Assembly (NCBI GenBank): GCA_964234715.1
Contig: OZ174275.1
From: Podarcis melisellensis
Lineage: Eukaryota
Strand: one strand, 5' to 3'
Length of the DNA stretch: 64,000 bases
The notes under the pieces were generated by a model. It had not been told where the DNA came from, searched no databases, and worked only from the letters and a program-made list of their open reading frames with translations. This document shows, in pieces, positions 62,520 through 64,000 of this stretch. The first letter of the stretch is position 1; every line of letters starts with the position of its first letter. A program made the position numbers and the translations under genes.

Positions 62520-62941
62520 GTTGTTGTTTAGTCGTTTAGTCATGTCCAACTCTTCGTGACCCCATGGACCAGAGCACGCCAGGCACTCCTGTCTTCTGCT
62601 GCCTCCTGCAGTTTGGTCAGACTCATGCTGGTAGCTTCAAGAACACTATCCAACCATCTCATCCTCTGTCGTCCCCTTCTCCTTGTGCCCTCCATCTTTC
62701 CCAACCTCAGGGTCTTTTCCAGGGAGTCTTCTCTTCTCATGAGGTGGCCAAAGTATTGGAGCCTCAGCTTCAGGATCTGTCCTTCCAGTGAGCACTCAGG
62801 GCTGATTTCCTTAAGAATGGGTAGGTTTGATCTTCTTGTAGTCCATGGGATTCTCAAGAGTCTCCTCCAGCATAATTCAAAAGCATCAATTCTTCGGCGA
62901 TCAGCCTTCTTTATGGTCCAGCTCTCACTTCCATACATCAC
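62520..62941 (-). mobile_element. BovB (RTE) LINE, 5'-truncated
   Basis: MYGSESWTIKKADRRRIDAFEL-CWRRLLRIPWT...LQYFGHLMRREDSLEKTL.LGKMEGTRRRGRQRMRWLD; (CAA)n tail; 11-bp TSD taaccaccagt at 62509-62519 and 62942-62952. Confidence 0.95.
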
Positions 62942-64000
62942 TAACCACCAGTACTTCGTGATTATATTGCGTGTCACTGAGTTGTGCTCTAGACAATTTG
63001 TGCTCTAGACAATTGGTCTTACAAAAACCAATAAAGTTTTTCTTTTCTTTTCTTTTTTAAAGAGCATTCTCTGAGACCTTACCACTGTTCCCTGACATTA
63101 TAAGTCAGCTAGAATGTTCAGCTTCCTTATAAATCATGTAATAGGCTTCTAGAACACAGGATATTACTCATAGATTTTAAGTCTTAATAACTATTATATA
63201 AAAAAATTAACATATTGTGCTGGAAGGATTCAGTTTAGATTTGCATCATCATTTCTGCCCCCTTTTGATGAGTAATTTAGAGGCTTTCTTGCATCTCAAG
63301 ATCAGAATTCCATTCTGCTTATCTTGCTTGGTACCAGTTGTTAAATGGACAGTAGATGCAAAGAAGCAGATTCCTAGAGAAAACGGCCTTATAAGCCATG
63401 TGTTATGTGTTTATGGAGCGTGAAGTACGTTCATCAAGGACAATATGATGGACTGCAAAGTCTGGTCGGTAATGTAATAGAGAAACTTATTTGTGTGGGT
63501 CTGCATTTTAATGTATAACTGTATAAATTGGTTGTCACTGTATTTTAACAGTGTATCTATGACTATTCTGCACAGTATGCATAGAATACTTCTATTTACT
63601 ATTTGGTTGAAATGACCAGGATGGTTGCAACAACAAATAAACTCTGACTACGTGTTTATGGGAAGCTCCTGGTGCTGAAATTGCAATTCCAACCACACAG
63701 CTATGAGCCTGCAGCATGTAAGCTACATATTACCTCATGTAGGGCAGTTGATGTTTGATGTGTGTACTGACAACTTCAAAAAGTCACTCTGGTCAGTGAC
63801 TGGAAAAAATTGATTGATTCATTCATTCATCTTCAAAAAATAAAGAAACAATTGCTCTCACTTTTGTGTCACAGCATGGATAACTTAACTGGGAGGAGAT
63901 ATTTGTATATGTAAGGAAATGCTAGTTTCCCATTGGAAGAGTATCAGAAGCAGGGGAAGGTCTTAAATCTTATGATAAGATCTCATAAACCTATTTGTGG

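Overview
Vertebrate (squamate, most likely lacertid lizard) genomic DNA, not prokaryotic. The only host coding sequence I can support is the terminal coding exon of KCNJ3 (GIRK1/Kir3.1) at 28411-29003 (+). Positions 1-28410 are therefore most likely the 3' part of its very large last intron, followed by 3'UTR and intergenic DNA. The rest is repeat-rich: Sauria SINEs (several with clear TSDs), CORE/Squam3-like SINEs, tRNA-head/CR1-tail SINEs, CR1, L2 and BovB/RTE LINE fragments, TA-targeting Tc1/mariner-pogo MITEs, hAT-like MITEs, a solo LTR, microsatellites and two assembly gaps. The most striking structure is at 8797-9608: a (TA)n-embedded set of nested inverted repeats built from a Penelope-like element terminal repeat. 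It has an apparently perfect 303-bp inverted repeat whose arms each carry a minimal hammerhead ribozyme, one per strand. Repeat family names come from recall of consensus sequences, not from database searches.
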